Positions 18,175-29,655 of a DNA stretch of 45,210 bases are shown here, in pieces (the first letter of the stretch is position 1; every line of letters begins with the position of its first letter). The notes beneath the pieces were generated by a model that was not told the DNA's origin, ran no database searches, and saw nothing but the letters and a program-made list of their open reading frames with translations. The stretch comes from Oculatellaceae cyanobacterium bins.114 (GTDB lineage: Bacteria; Cyanobacteriota; Cyanobacteriia; Elainellales; Elainellaceae), in contig JANRJA010000217.1 in the NCBI GenBank assembly GCA_033764315.1, positions 1 to 45,210 of the forward strand, written 5' to 3'. The position numbers and the translations under genes are program-made.

Positions 18175-18590
18175 GGAGTCAGCCCTAAAAACTCATTAGA
18201 AAAATTTGATACTTAAAGGAGTATAGCGGTCTTTTAAATATAATCAGTAACCTTGATTAATCATTAAAAGATGCGTCAGCGAATCAGCCAAAGCACAAAA
18301 TGCTAAAAATAAATTGCGATCGCCCCCTCTAACCCTTATGTTAGCGTGTCTCTCTCATTGCTACAGCCTCTTATGACTATATTTTTATTGCTACATCGTG
18401 ATCATGGTACAAGCGTCAGTAGGGTCTAAATCTATCCTGATTCACGATTCCCACTCTCTTGTGGCGAGCGTAGCCGAGTCACTGTTGGCGAATAGACTTG
18501 AGAGCCAGATTCCCCACTCCCTACTTCCCAGATTGGGCTAGTCTAATAAGGTTGCGAGATTCAATATAGACAGAAAAGGCTTGGGAGATC

Positions 18591-20150
18591 ATGGCGCGTC
18601 TAGCACTGCTGAGTACTTCAGACAAAACTGGTTTGGTGGAGTTGGCAAAATGTTTGGTAGATGAATTTGGCTTTGACCTGATTAGCAGTGGTGGTACAGC
18701 ACAAGCCTTGAAGACAGCAGGTATCCCCGTGGTGAAAGTGTCAGATTACACTGGTTCTCCCGAAATTTTGGGAGGACGGGTGAAAACGCTGCATCCCCGA
18801 ATTCATGGCGGCATTTTGGCACGGCAAGACCTACCAGAAGATTTGGCAGATTTAGAAGCAAACCAGATTCGCCCGATTGCCCTGGTGGTTGTCAATCTTT
18901 ATCCATTTGAGCAAACCATTGCTAAACCGGGTGTGACATTGCCGGAGGCGATCGAGCAGATTGATATCGGCGGGCCTGCAATGCTGCGAGCATCAGCTAA
19001 AAACTTTGCTCATCTGACGGTGTTGTGCCATCCCGATCAATATCAACCTTATTTAGAGGAATTGCGAACTCAGGCAGGCACTGCCTCGCTTGAATTTCGG
19101 CAACAGTGCGCGTTAAAAGCATTTGAGCATACGGGTGCTTATGATCGGGCGATCGCCACTTACCTCAAGCAGTCGTCGTCTACCACGGATACACCCACCT
19201 CAACATTGCCTCCGTCTTACAGTCTTAGTGGGCAGGTGCTGCAAGAGTTGCGATATGGCGAAAACCCCCATCAACCTGCCGCCTGGTATCAAACTGGGCA
19301 CAGTCTAGCAGGGTGGGCCGCCGCCGAAAAGCTGCAAGGCAAGGAGCTAAGCTACAACAACTTGGTGGATTTAGAAGCGGCAAGACGAATTGTGGCAGAA
19401 TTTGATCCCCGTCAAGCGGCGGCGGTCATTATCAAACACACCAATCCCTGTGGAACTGCCCTGGGTAGCAGCATTGCCGAGGCTTATACCAAAGCATTTG
19501 AAGCAGATTCGGTTTCAGCCTTTGGTGGCATTGTGGCGTTGAACCAGGCCATTGATGCGACAACTGCCACGGCATTGACCCAAACGTTTTTAGAATGTGT
19601 GGTTGCTCCTGATTGCACCCCAGAGGCCAGAGAGATCTTGGCAGCAAAGTCTAAAGTACGTGTCCTGCTGTTACCCAATTTGAGATCAGGAGCCGCTGAG
19701 ACAGTCCGGGCGATCGCTGGAGGGTTTTTAGTGCAAGCCAGTGATGATGCAGTAGTTAACCCAACTCAATGGAAGGTCGCTACCGATCGCCAACCCACAA
19801 CCGATGAGATCGAAGAGATGCTGTTTGCCTGGAAGGTTTGCAAGCATGTCAAATCCAACGCTATCGTAGTCACAAGCGATCGCACCACGTTGGGTGTAGG
19901 GGCAGGGCAAATGAATCGGGTTGGTTCCGTCAAGATTGCTCTAGAGCAGGCAGGCGATCGCGCTAAGGGTGCTATTCTCGCCAGTGATGGGTTTTTCCCA
20001 TTTGATGATTCTGTTCGCTTTGCCGCTGCGGCTGGCATTCGGGCGATCGTACAACCGGGCGGTAGCTTGCGAGATCAAGACTCTGTCATAGCTGCCAACG
20101 AGTTGGGTCTAACGATGATGCTGACTGGAGTTCGTCATTTCTTGCACTAA
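18591..20150 (+). CDS. purH: AICAR transformylase / IMP cyclohydrolase
   Basis: GGRVKTLHP, IDIGGP, LRYGENPHQ, KHVKSNAI, ASDGFFPF, RHFLH. Confidence 0.98.
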   Translation: MARLALLSTSDKTGLVELAKCLVDEFGFDLISSGGTAQALKTAGIPVVKVSDYTGSPEILGGRVKTLHPRIHGGILARQDLPEDLADLEANQIRPIALVVVNLYPFEQTIAKPGVTLPEAIEQIDIGGPAMLRASAKNFAHLTVLCHPDQYQPYLEELRTQAGTASLEFRQQCALKAFEHTGAYDRAIATYLKQSSSTTDTPTSTLPPSYSLSGQVLQELRYGENPHQPAAWYQTGHSLAGWAAAEKLQGKELSYNNLVDLEAARRIVAEFDPRQAAAVIIKHTNPCGTALGSSIAEAYTKAFEADSVSAFGGIVALNQAIDATTATALTQTFLECVVAPDCTPEAREILAAKSKVRVLLLPNLRSGAAETVRAIAGGFLVQASDDAVVNPTQWKVATDRQPTTDEIEEMLFAWKVCKHVKSNAIVVTSDRTTLGVGAGQMNRVGSVKIALEQAGDRAKGAILASDGFFPFDDSVRFAAAAGIRAIVQPGGSLRDQDSVIAANELGLTMMLTGVRHFLH

Positions 20151-20162
20151 CTTTTTCTACGA

Positions 20163-21098
20163 ATGTCGTCTAAATCTCAAGCCACTCATAAATCTCAAGT
20201 GGTGTCCTCAGAGGACATCAAAGTCACGATTTTGCTGACCGGAGGACACGACTATACCGTCATGATGCCACCTGATGCGGCGTTGTTGCGGCAACTGTTT
20301 GAAGTCGTGCTCGATCAGACCGGGAGTCGCGCCAAAATGCTGTTTCAGGTGCCGATTCAAAAGGGGCGATCGATGTTGTGTTTTCCGGGCGAACACTTGG
20401 TGGGTTTAGTAACAGAGCCACCCCTAGTGGTGCAACAGCAACCCCAAACAACCCAGACTACTCAAATTCAAGCCATTCAAACCGCCACACCCACCATTGA
20501 GCAACCGTCTGAGGTGTTGCCCTCTAGCTATGTCCAGCTCGATCAGTTCTTCACAACCGACGAGTTAACCAAACTGTTAAGCTATACCTTTCAAAAAGAG
20601 GCAGAGTTTGTCTCAACCAGCACGTCAACAGGCGACTTGGACTATCGCAAGTCGGTGGTGTTGCACTCATTTCCTGAGTTCTCTAACTTAATCAGCCGTA
20701 AAATTTCCGCCATCATTCCAGATATTCTAACCAAGTTAGGAATTCCTCAATTTCCGGTGAGTCAAATCGAGTCGCAGTTGACCGGGCACAACGATGGCAA
20801 CTACTACAAAATTCACAACGACAACGGCAGCCCTGACACAGCCACACGAGAACTCACCTACGTCTATTATTTTTATCGAGAGCCAAAGGCGTTTTCAGGC
20901 GGAGAGTTGTTAATTTACGATAGCCGCATTGAAAACAACTTCTATGTGCAAGCAGAGTCATTTCACACAATTGAACCGCGCAATAACAGTATCGTGTTTT
21001 TCCTCAGCCGTTATATGCATGAGGTGTTGCCGATTCAGTGCCCCAGTCGTGCCTTTGTTGATAGTCGCTTCACGATTAACGGCTGGATTCGTCGATAA
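20163..21098 (+). CDS. 2OG-Fe(II) oxygenase (prolyl hydroxylase-like) with an extra N-terminal domain
   Basis: YKIHND (HxD), FSGGEL, HEV, RFTINGW. Confidence 0.88.
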   Translation: MSSKSQATHKSQVVSSEDIKVTILLTGGHDYTVMMPPDAALLRQLFEVVLDQTGSRAKMLFQVPIQKGRSMLCFPGEHLVGLVTEPPLVVQQQPQTTQTTQIQAIQTATPTIEQPSEVLPSSYVQLDQFFTTDELTKLLSYTFQKEAEFVSTSTSTGDLDYRKSVVLHSFPEFSNLISRKISAIIPDILTKLGIPQFPVSQIESQLTGHNDGNYYKIHNDNGSPDTATRELTYVYYFYREPKAFSGGELLIYDSRIENNFYVQAESFHTIEPRNNSIVFFLSRYMHEVLPIQCPSRAFVDSRFTINGWIRR

Positions 21099-21105
21099 AT
21101 ACTTC

Positions 21106-21138
21106 AAACCCCCGGCTTTTGATAAAAGCCGGGGGTTT
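21106..21138. terminator. Hairpin between convergent genes, likely a bidirectional terminator
   Basis: AAACCCCCGGCTTTT-GAT-AAAAGCCGGGGGTTT, 15-bp stem. Confidence 0.75.
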
Positions 21139-21156
21139 AAAACCTCAGAGCGTCGG

Positions 21157-21744
21157 TTAACCTTCTTCCCCAGCCGCTTGAGTAGCACCTCTAGATTGCA
21201 GAACAGACACAACCAGGCGATCGCCATCTCCAATAGCAGTCACTCCTTCAGGCAGTGGCAGATCTCGAACATAGATAGAGTCAGTCAAGTCTAAGCCAGA
21301 CACATCCACATTGATCACTTCAGGAATCCGATCAGGAGGGGATTGCAACTCCAATTCGTTAAGGACGGTATCTAAAATTCCACCTGAGTTTTTGACCCCA
21401 ATGGATTCACCCACAAAGTGAATCGGGACGGTAACACTCAAGCTGCCTTGAGACCCAATTGAGAAGAAACTGAGGTGATAGAGTTTACCCTTCCAAGGAT
21501 GGGATTGCACTTCCTTCAGCAAGGTTTTACCACTCCAGGGAAGGTCAGCGATGTTGAGCTGAATTACAGTGTTGTTCAACGATGCTTTTTTGACCAACGA
21601 TTCAGCCGTCTTTGAGTTCAACGTCAACTCAACAGATTCTGCGCCACTATGTCCATACAGGACAGCAGGGATCAAGCCATCTCGCCGAAGAGCATTGGGC
21701 TTGCTACCGGGAGAGCGTTTTTGACAGTCGATTGTGAGTTCCAT
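21157..21744 (-). CDS. rplY: 50S ribosomal protein L25 / general stress protein Ctc
   Basis: ALRRDGLIPAVLYG, KEVQSHP, IPEVINVDVSGL. Confidence 0.96.
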   Translation of the reverse strand: MELTIDCQKRSPGSKPNALRRDGLIPAVLYGHSGAESVELTLNSKTAESLVKKASLNNTVIQLNIADLPWSGKTLLKEVQSHPWKGKLYHLSFFSIGSQGSLSVTVPIHFVGESIGVKNSGGILDTVLNELELQSPPDRIPEVINVDVSGLDLTDSIYVRDLPLPEGVTAIGDGDRLVVSVLQSRGATQAAGEEG

Positions 21745-21797
21745 ACTAGTTACTAAGCAATTGCAAAAGTGGATAAATCTGCGGGGGAAAAAGTTAT

Positions 21798-23150
<1,353 letters not shown>

Positions 23151-23229
23151 TTACGCAAACTCTAATTATCGGCATCGGATGTGACCGATGTCAATGTCAA
23201 TTTCTCTCTATCTAATTCAAGAGGTTTCC

Positions 23230-24285
23230 GTGGCTCTATATGCTGAATTACACCGCCATCTCGGCGGATCGGTTGTACCTCGTGTGCTATGGCGGTACTT
23301 TCAGCGCAATCGCGCTGATCTAGTTCAAAATTTTGCAGATTATGCAGAGTTTGAGGATTTTTATACTCGCCCTCGCAATACGTTGGCTGAATATCTGGAG
23401 CTTCATACCCTTGTAGAGAGTGTCCAGACAGATGAAACATTGCCCTATTTTATTTATCGGCTACTCCGTGGGGCTTATATTTTTGAGAATCTAGCCTATC
23501 TAGAGTTGCGTTATACGCCTTATCTAAGAACACCAGATCATCTCAGTCAGTCTGACCGGATTGAGTTGATGGCTAGCATTGTGGATGTTGTGGGGCAAGC
23601 CAGTCGATCGCTGGAGTATTCCATCATTACAAGCCAAATTTTGTGTATGCACTCTCGACTACCCTATGAGGTAAATCGGGCGATCGTTGAGTTAGCGGCT
23701 CAGAAACGCCATTTTGTCTGCGGGATTGATCTAGCCGGGGGAGATGCCCACTATGCTGATCGTCTGGATGAATACATTGAGCTATATCAATATGCGCGAT
23801 CGCTGGGTTTAAACACCACCGGGCACTTGTATGAGACCACCGAGGGCTGCTATCCAGACCTTTTGCCTCACTTGATGCGAGTGGGTCACGGTATCCAGAT
23901 TCCGCTGTTGCATCCTGAACTCTTGCCCGAATTGGCAGAGCGAGGACAATGTCTAGAGGTGTGCCCCACCACTTACCTCAAAACGGGGACTTTAAAGGAT
24001 ATTCGTCAACTCAAACAAGTGTTCGATCGCTGCTTTGAGGCGGGAGTCGATATTGCTATTTGTACTGACAATGCAGGGTTACATAATGTCCGCCTGCCCT
24101 TTGAGTACGAAAATCTATTGACCTACGACATTATCGATTTTGAGCAATTACAAATCTGCCAGGAAGCGGCATTTCGTCACGCGTTTGCATGGCCTCATGG
24201 AGGGCGTCCGGCAGATATCTTGACGGGTTTATTAAACCCAGAAGGCGACTCTCGCACCTTTGCTGAGTTGTCTTTAGGGCGATAG
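23230..24285 (+). CDS. add: Adenosine deaminase family protein
   Basis: AELHRHLGGS, YLELRYTP, RVGHG, LEVCPT, ICTDN; GTG start at 23230. Confidence 0.88.
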   Translation: MALYAELHRHLGGSVVPRVLWRYFQRNRADLVQNFADYAEFEDFYTRPRNTLAEYLELHTLVESVQTDETLPYFIYRLLRGAYIFENLAYLELRYTPYLRTPDHLSQSDRIELMASIVDVVGQASRSLEYSIITSQILCMHSRLPYEVNRAIVELAAQKRHFVCGIDLAGGDAHYADRLDEYIELYQYARSLGLNTTGHLYETTEGCYPDLLPHLMRVGHGIQIPLLHPELLPELAERGQCLEVCPTTYLKTGTLKDIRQLKQVFDRCFEAGVDIAICTDNAGLHNVRLPFEYENLLTYDIIDFEQLQICQEAAFRHAFAWPHGGRPADILTGLLNPEGDSRTFAELSLGR

Positions 24286-24363
24286 AGACTGACTGTCTCC
24301 AGATCAGGTTATAGCTCTGACTGGGGGTGCTTGGCTAAATGCCTTGAGCAAATCACCCACTCA

Positions 24364-24396
24364 CCCAAAAGGGTTCCAGAACGGAACCCTTTTGGG
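24364..24396. terminator. Hairpin between convergent add and psb27
   Basis: CCCAAAAGGGTTCC-AGAAC-GGAACCCTTTTGGG, 14-bp stem. Confidence 0.75.
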
Positions 24397-24430
24397 CGTT
24401 CAAACAAAATAGGAGCGGATCGATATGAGG

Positions 24431-24835
24431 TTATGCCCCACGTTGCAAAGCCGCTTCGATCTGCTTAAATTCTTGATCTAATCGCTGCTTGAGCTTAGCA
24501 GGCACTGGACGATTGGGGTAAGAACTGTAGTGCCCTGCCAGCGAGTTAAGAGCAGTTCGCATTGTAGTAAAAGAAGTCAGTTTCGTCACCGCAGGATCAC
24601 GACGATATTGAGATGTAAATGCATTAATCAACTGACGCGCCTCAGCCTGGGCTGTCGTTTTTTCGGGAGAGTTGTCAGGCAACTCCAGTGCCGTTCTCAG
24701 ACCATTAACCACCGCTAAGGTGTCTTGGCGATAGTCTCCAGACAAGCCAGCAGGAGAAGACGAGCAGCCCATCACACCGATCATGACCACAAAGGTTAAA
24801 ACTAGAGAAACCAGGCGAGATAAAAATCGCTTCAT
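24431..24835 (-). CDS. psb27: Photosystem II assembly lipoprotein Psb27
   Basis: Lipobox-like VMGC, LSGDYRQDT, SFTTMRTALNSLAGHYSSY. Confidence 0.95.
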   Translation of the reverse strand: MKRFLSRLVSLVLTFVVMIGVMGCSSSPAGLSGDYRQDTLAVVNGLRTALELPDNSPEKTTAQAEARQLINAFTSQYRRDPAVTKLTSFTTMRTALNSLAGHYSSYPNRPVPAKLKQRLDQEFKQIEAALQRGA

Positions 24836-24921
24836 AAAACCTCGATTGTAAAGGGCGTAACAGCAGTTCGATGCGACCACGGGGATCAAACTTTATGCAA
24901 TCTTACCACCCTATACTCCCC

Positions 24922-26352
24922 CTAACTTCCTCCGTCTTCTTCCTGCAGAGGCTGTATTTCTCGACGCTGTCGTAGCTTTAATAAAATCTCGGCATGAACC
25001 TCACGGGTAATAGGGTAGAAATATGCCAAAACCAACCCTATTAAAAGAACAAGCGTTGGAACAGGACCAATCATCCAACGAATCGCCTCAATCGCAGAGT
25101 CAGGTTGTGGCGGAGGAAGCTGACCTGGAGTGGCTTCAACAAAACCTGCATTGCCAAGTGCCTGCCCGACAATCAGCAATGCTAGAAATAAACTAATCTT
25201 TTGTAGAAATACTAAAAATGCATAGAAGATACCTTCCCGGCGTTGCCCGGTTCGCAACTCATCCAACTCAATTACATCCGGCAGCATAGACCAAGGCACC
25301 AGATAAGCAGTGGCAACACCAACTCCTGCCATTGCCGCCAAAATGTATAACAAAAAGGTTTGACCTGGGTGTAGAAAAAATAACCCACCCTGAGCCGCGA
25401 TCCACAGACTCATTCCCAAGAAGTACACTGTTCGTTTGCCTTGTTGCTTACTCACAGCACTCCAGACAAATAGCATGACGATCGCCACTCCCTGAACGGC
25501 TAACGCGATGGGGAAGTAAGATCCCATCTCCATGCGGTTGACCACAAAGTAAGGCAGGATGGTGGCGGTCAGTTGAAATGCTAGCCACGAGCAGAGATAA
25601 ATGCCGATGACATACAAAAAAGGACGATTGCTCAAGACGATTTTGAGCTGTTCTAAGATAGGCAGGCTTGGCTCTGAGTCAACGGTGTAGCGTTCTTTGG
25701 TACCCCAAACGCACCAATAAATAGGGAAAACGGACAGAATGGCGCAAACGGCTCCCAAGGCCAAATATTGTTGAATCGGGTCAGTAACGACGTTAAAAAT
25801 CACCAGCCCTAACAGGAGGGACAGGATACTGCCGCCAATAGAAAAAGCAAAACGGAAGCTATTGAGACTAGTACGTTCGTTGTAGTCTTTGGTCAACTCA
25901 GGGGTCAAGGCCGTGTAGGGTAAGTTGACCGCGGTAAAGGCAGTATTAAACAGAATAGAAATGAGGACGTAATACCAGAACAGTCCTGCTTTATTGACAG
26001 AAGGGTCGCTGCTAAAGTGAGGCACCAACCACTGCAAAAAGAAGAAAATCCCAAAAGGAATTGCCCCAAACATCATCCAGGGTCGTCGCCGTCCCCAACG
26101 CGACCGGGTGCGATCGCTCATCACCCCGACAATCGGGTCATTAATGGCATCCCACACCTTGCCGATCGCTAGAATATTGCCAGCCGTTCGGGGGTCTAAC
26201 CCCGCAACATTAGTAAAAAAGACCATCAAAGAGAAGGTCAAAATGGTTACGGTAATCCCAGAGCCTGCATCTCCTGCTCCATAGGCCAATTTTGTGTTCA
26301 AACTTAACTTTTCTGAGTCACCCGTTGCAGCAGTCGCAGAAGGATTAGTCAT
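24922..26352 (-). CDS. MFS transporter, glycoside-pentoside-hexuronide (MelB-like) family
   Basis: WDAINDPIVG..SDRTRSRWGRRRPW, ERTSLNSFR, PWSMLPDVIE, RREGIF. Confidence 0.92.
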   Translation of the reverse strand: MTNPSATAATGDSEKLSLNTKLAYGAGDAGSGITVTILTFSLMVFFTNVAGLDPRTAGNILAIGKVWDAINDPIVGVMSDRTRSRWGRRRPWMMFGAIPFGIFFFLQWLVPHFSSDPSVNKAGLFWYYVLISILFNTAFTAVNLPYTALTPELTKDYNERTSLNSFRFAFSIGGSILSLLLGLVIFNVVTDPIQQYLALGAVCAILSVFPIYWCVWGTKERYTVDSEPSLPILEQLKIVLSNRPFLYVIGIYLCSWLAFQLTATILPYFVVNRMEMGSYFPIALAVQGVAIVMLFVWSAVSKQQGKRTVYFLGMSLWIAAQGGLFFLHPGQTFLLYILAAMAGVGVATAYLVPWSMLPDVIELDELRTGQRREGIFYAFLVFLQKISLFLALLIVGQALGNAGFVEATPGQLPPPQPDSAIEAIRWMIGPVPTLVLLIGLVLAYFYPITREVHAEILLKLRQRREIQPLQEEDGGS

Positions 26353-26425
26353 AACACTGACAAACGAAACCTAGACAACAGTTGTATCATTCTTTTCATC
26401 TTTAAGTATTCGTATTGCCGCTGTC

Positions 26426-26965
26426 ATGTCAGATCTATATGTCTCTTGGTCAGATTATCACCACAACATTGAGCAACTTGCTGCCAAAATTCACCAATCT
26501 AACTGGAGCTTTAATCAGATTATTTGCCTCGCCAAAGGGGGCTTACGAGTGGGTGATATTCTCGCCCGTATTTACGACCTCCCCTTGGCGATTTTAGCGG
26601 TGTCTTCCTACGGAGGATCTAATAATCAGATTCGAGGCTCCATTACCTTTGCGAATGATCTGACGATGACAACCGCTAATCTAGGGAGTCGAGTTTTGTT
26701 AGTAGACGATCTGGTTGATTCAGGAATGTCATTAAAGCGGACTTTGACCTGGCTCGATCGCAAGTATGGATTTTATATTGATGAAATTCGCACTGCCGTG
26801 TTGTGGTACAAAGACTGCTCGGTGATTACCCCCGATTATTATGTTGATTACTTGCCCGATAACCCCTGGATTCATCAGCCGTTTGAGCGGTATGAGCAGA
26901 TGACTCCGGCTGAACTGGCAGCCGCCCTTGATCAACCCTCTAGTGAGGTTAATAGTGGGGTGTAA
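26426..26965 (+). CDS. Purine phosphoribosyltransferase (Gpt/Hpt-like)
   Basis: VLLVDDLVDSG PRPP-binding loop; PDYY; WIHQPFE. Confidence 0.88.
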   Translation: MSDLYVSWSDYHHNIEQLAAKIHQSNWSFNQIICLAKGGLRVGDILARIYDLPLAILAVSSYGGSNNQIRGSITFANDLTMTTANLGSRVLLVDDLVDSGMSLKRTLTWLDRKYGFYIDEIRTAVLWYKDCSVITPDYYVDYLPDNPWIHQPFERYEQMTPAELAAALDQPSSEVNSGV

Positions 26966-26977
26966 ATGAGAATACAG

Positions 26978-27013
26978 GCAAGAAGAGACGCGATTAATCG
27001 CGTCTCTTCTTGC
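26978..27013. repeat. Perfect 36-bp palindrome with the AGACGCGATTAATCGCGTCT core, a cyanobacterial short dispersed repeat type
   Basis: GCAAGAAGAGACGCGATT|AATCGCGTCTCTTCTTGC. Confidence 0.85.
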
Positions 27014-27284
27014 TCTCACCCAAAATTATCCTGCTTCCAAAGTCCAGGTCTGTATGACTCTACTGAGGGTCTTATACCGTTCTTATTGCTTATTAGAGGG
27101 TACAGAGAGAGCTTGCTGGGCGTTTCCCATCAATGAGCGATCGCCATTTAACTGCATAATTAGTGAAACAAAATACAGCCGTTTGTAGATTTAAGCTTTA
27201 CAAAATCCGCCCTATCCTCTAGCGCAAGAGTCACACTTCATGTAGACTCTGCCTGACACCCGTTTTGCTTAACCCAATTCTCCA

Positions 27285-28331
27285 ATGCCTTCCCACCTTT
27301 ACCATCTGATAGCATTTGTCGTGTCTGTGGCGGTTGTCCTAATTAGTACACCGATCGTCAGATTCATTGGTCTTAAAAGCGGCTACTTTGACCCTCCTGG
27401 CGGACGCAAAATCCATCAGCGTCCTATGGTAAGGCTTGGCGGTGTGTCTATTTTTTTGGGCACGATCGTGTCACTCCTCATTGTCTGGGGCATCGGTGGA
27501 TTTGGCATATTACCCCCTGATAAAGAATATGAGATTTGGGGTGTCACGATTGGTGGACTGGCTTTTTTCCTAATTGGGTTAGCCGATGACCTGTTTAGCT
27601 TGAGAGCAATTACTCGTCTGTTTTTGCAAGCTGTTGTGGCTTCAGGAGCCTGGCAAGCAGGGGTTCACATTGATTTTCTAACCATTCCATTTGTGGGTTT
27701 AACCTCCTTACCCGCTTGGGTCAGCCTGCCAATTACGGTGATCTGGCTCGTTGGAATGGCAAACGCCATTAACTGGATTGATGGACTCGATGGATTAGCC
27801 GCCGGAGTCTCTGGCATTGCGGCAATGGTGATGTTAGTCGCTTGCCTATTTATGAGTCAGCCCGCTGCTGCTATGATTGCAGCCGCATTAGCAGGCGGTG
27901 CTTTAGGCTTTTTGCGCTATAACTTCAACCCCGCTCAGATTTTTATGGGAGATGGAGGGGCTTATTTTATTGGCTTTACTCTGGCGGGAATAGGGGTAGT
28001 TGGGTTGGTTAAGAGTGTCACTACGGTAGCGGTATTGTTACCTTATATTATTCTGGCAGTGCCGATTCTAGATATGTCAGCAGTGATTGTCGATCGCCTC
28101 CGCAATGGCAAATCGCCCTTTATTGCTGATAAGCGTCATCTACACCATCGACTGCTTCAAGCAGGCTTACCACACCGATTTGTCGTGCTTTTCATCTATT
28201 CTCTAACGCTCTGGGTCGGCAGCTTAGCCCTGGCATTTTCAGGCATTCCCAGTGGGTTAGGCTATGCGATTGGGGCTACGGTGCTGTTAAGCTATACGGG
28301 TTGGCGCGCCAGAAAACACGCCCGTCAATAA
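27285..28331 (+). CDS. WecA/TagO-like undecaprenyl-phosphate GlcNAc-1-phosphate transferase (glycosyltransferase family 4)
   Basis: RKIH, GLADD, NAINWIDGLDGLA, NFNPAQIFMGDGG, HLHHRL. Confidence 0.92.
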   Translation: MPSHLYHLIAFVVSVAVVLISTPIVRFIGLKSGYFDPPGGRKIHQRPMVRLGGVSIFLGTIVSLLIVWGIGGFGILPPDKEYEIWGVTIGGLAFFLIGLADDLFSLRAITRLFLQAVVASGAWQAGVHIDFLTIPFVGLTSLPAWVSLPITVIWLVGMANAINWIDGLDGLAAGVSGIAAMVMLVACLFMSQPAAAMIAAALAGGALGFLRYNFNPAQIFMGDGGAYFIGFTLAGIGVVGLVKSVTTVAVLLPYIILAVPILDMSAVIVDRLRNGKSPFIADKRHLHHRLLQAGLPHRFVVLFIYSLTLWVGSLALAFSGIPSGLGYAIGATVLLSYTGWRARKHARQ

Positions 28332-28346
28332 TCCCCTGTATCAACG

Positions 28347-29612
28347 ATGAATGGATCTATTCCGAGTGCTGAGATTATCTGTGTAGGAACCGAGTTGCTC
28401 TTGGGTGAGATTCTCAACAGCAACGCTCAGTTTTTGGCACAACAGTTAGCTGAGTTAGGGATTCCCCACTATTATCAGACCGTCGTGGGTGATAACCCAA
28501 TGCGGTTGCAAAAAGTCTTGGCGATCGCCTGTGAGCGATCGCGCCTGCTGTTATTTACCGGAGGGTTAGGGCCGACACCCGATGATCTAACGACAGAGAC
28601 TCTAGCCGACTTTTTTCAAGTTCCTCTGGTTGAGCGTGCCGATGTCCTAGCTGACATTACCCGCAAGTTTACAGAGCGGGGACGGGTTATGTCTCCTAGC
28701 AATCGCAAACAAGCCCTGATTCCTGAAGGGGCAGAGGTGTTACCCAATCCAACCGGGAGTGCGCCCGGCATCATTTGGCAGCCTCGCTCTGGGTTAACCC
28801 TGATGACCTTTCCAGGGGTGCCCAGTGAGATGAAGGTGATGTGGCAAGAGACGGCTGTGCCCTATCTTCGTTATCAAGGGTGGGGGCAAGGAGTGATTGT
28901 CAGCCGCACATTGCGCTATTGGGGCATTGCCGAGTCAGCCCTGGCTGAAAAAATTGCTCCCTTTTTTGAGCTACAAAACCCCACGGTTGCTCCCTATGCG
29001 GATCACGGTGGGGTGCGGTTGCGCGTCTCTGCTCGCGCCGAATCACCGGAAGCAGCTCAACAGTTAATTGACCCAGTTGAGCAACAACTTCAACAGGTGA
29101 GCGGGATAGATTTTTATGGGACGGATAACGACACGCTGGCGATCGCCCTGGGTCGGTTATTGCTAGCGACCAACCAAACCGTATCAGTCGCCGAATCTTG
29201 CACAGGGGGCGGTTTAGGGCATCTGTTGACGGCTGTGCCTGGAAGCTCTGCCTATTTTTGGGGTGGCATTATCTCTTACGACAACCAGGTCAAAGTCAAT
29301 CTGTTAGGAGTTGACCCTGCTCATCTGGCAGAGCATGGAGCCGTGAGCGATGTAGTCGCCCAACAGATGGCAATAGGAGTGCGCGATCGCTTAAACACCA
29401 CTTGGGGACTCAGCATCACAGGCATCGCTGGCCCTGATGGTGGCAGCGACACGAAACCCGTTGGACTGGTTTATATCGGTTTAGCCGGACCTGATAACTA
29501 CGTTGAAAGTGTGGTCTATCGATTTGGCTCAAACCGAGGTCGAGAGTTTGTGCGTTGGCTCAGTGCTTGTAGTGCTCTCGATTTGTTGCGGCGCAAGGTG
29601 CTGTCACTCTGA
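28347..29612 (+). CDS. cinA: Competence/damage-inducible protein A (NMN deamidase domain)
   Basis: VGTELLLG, GGLGPTPDDLT, AESCTGG, SITGIAGP. Confidence 0.95.
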   Translation: MNGSIPSAEIICVGTELLLGEILNSNAQFLAQQLAELGIPHYYQTVVGDNPMRLQKVLAIACERSRLLLFTGGLGPTPDDLTTETLADFFQVPLVERADVLADITRKFTERGRVMSPSNRKQALIPEGAEVLPNPTGSAPGIIWQPRSGLTLMTFPGVPSEMKVMWQETAVPYLRYQGWGQGVIVSRTLRYWGIAESALAEKIAPFFELQNPTVAPYADHGGVRLRVSARAESPEAAQQLIDPVEQQLQQVSGIDFYGTDNDTLAIALGRLLLATNQTVSVAESCTGGGLGHLLTAVPGSSAYFWGGIISYDNQVKVNLLGVDPAHLAEHGAVSDVVAQQMAIGVRDRLNTTWGLSITGIAGPDGGSDTKPVGLVYIGLAGPDNYVESVVYRFGSNRGREFVRWLSACSALDLLRRKVLSL

Positions 29613-29655
29613 CTCATTGGGTTAGACTCATCAAACTATGAGTTGATTGGTCAAG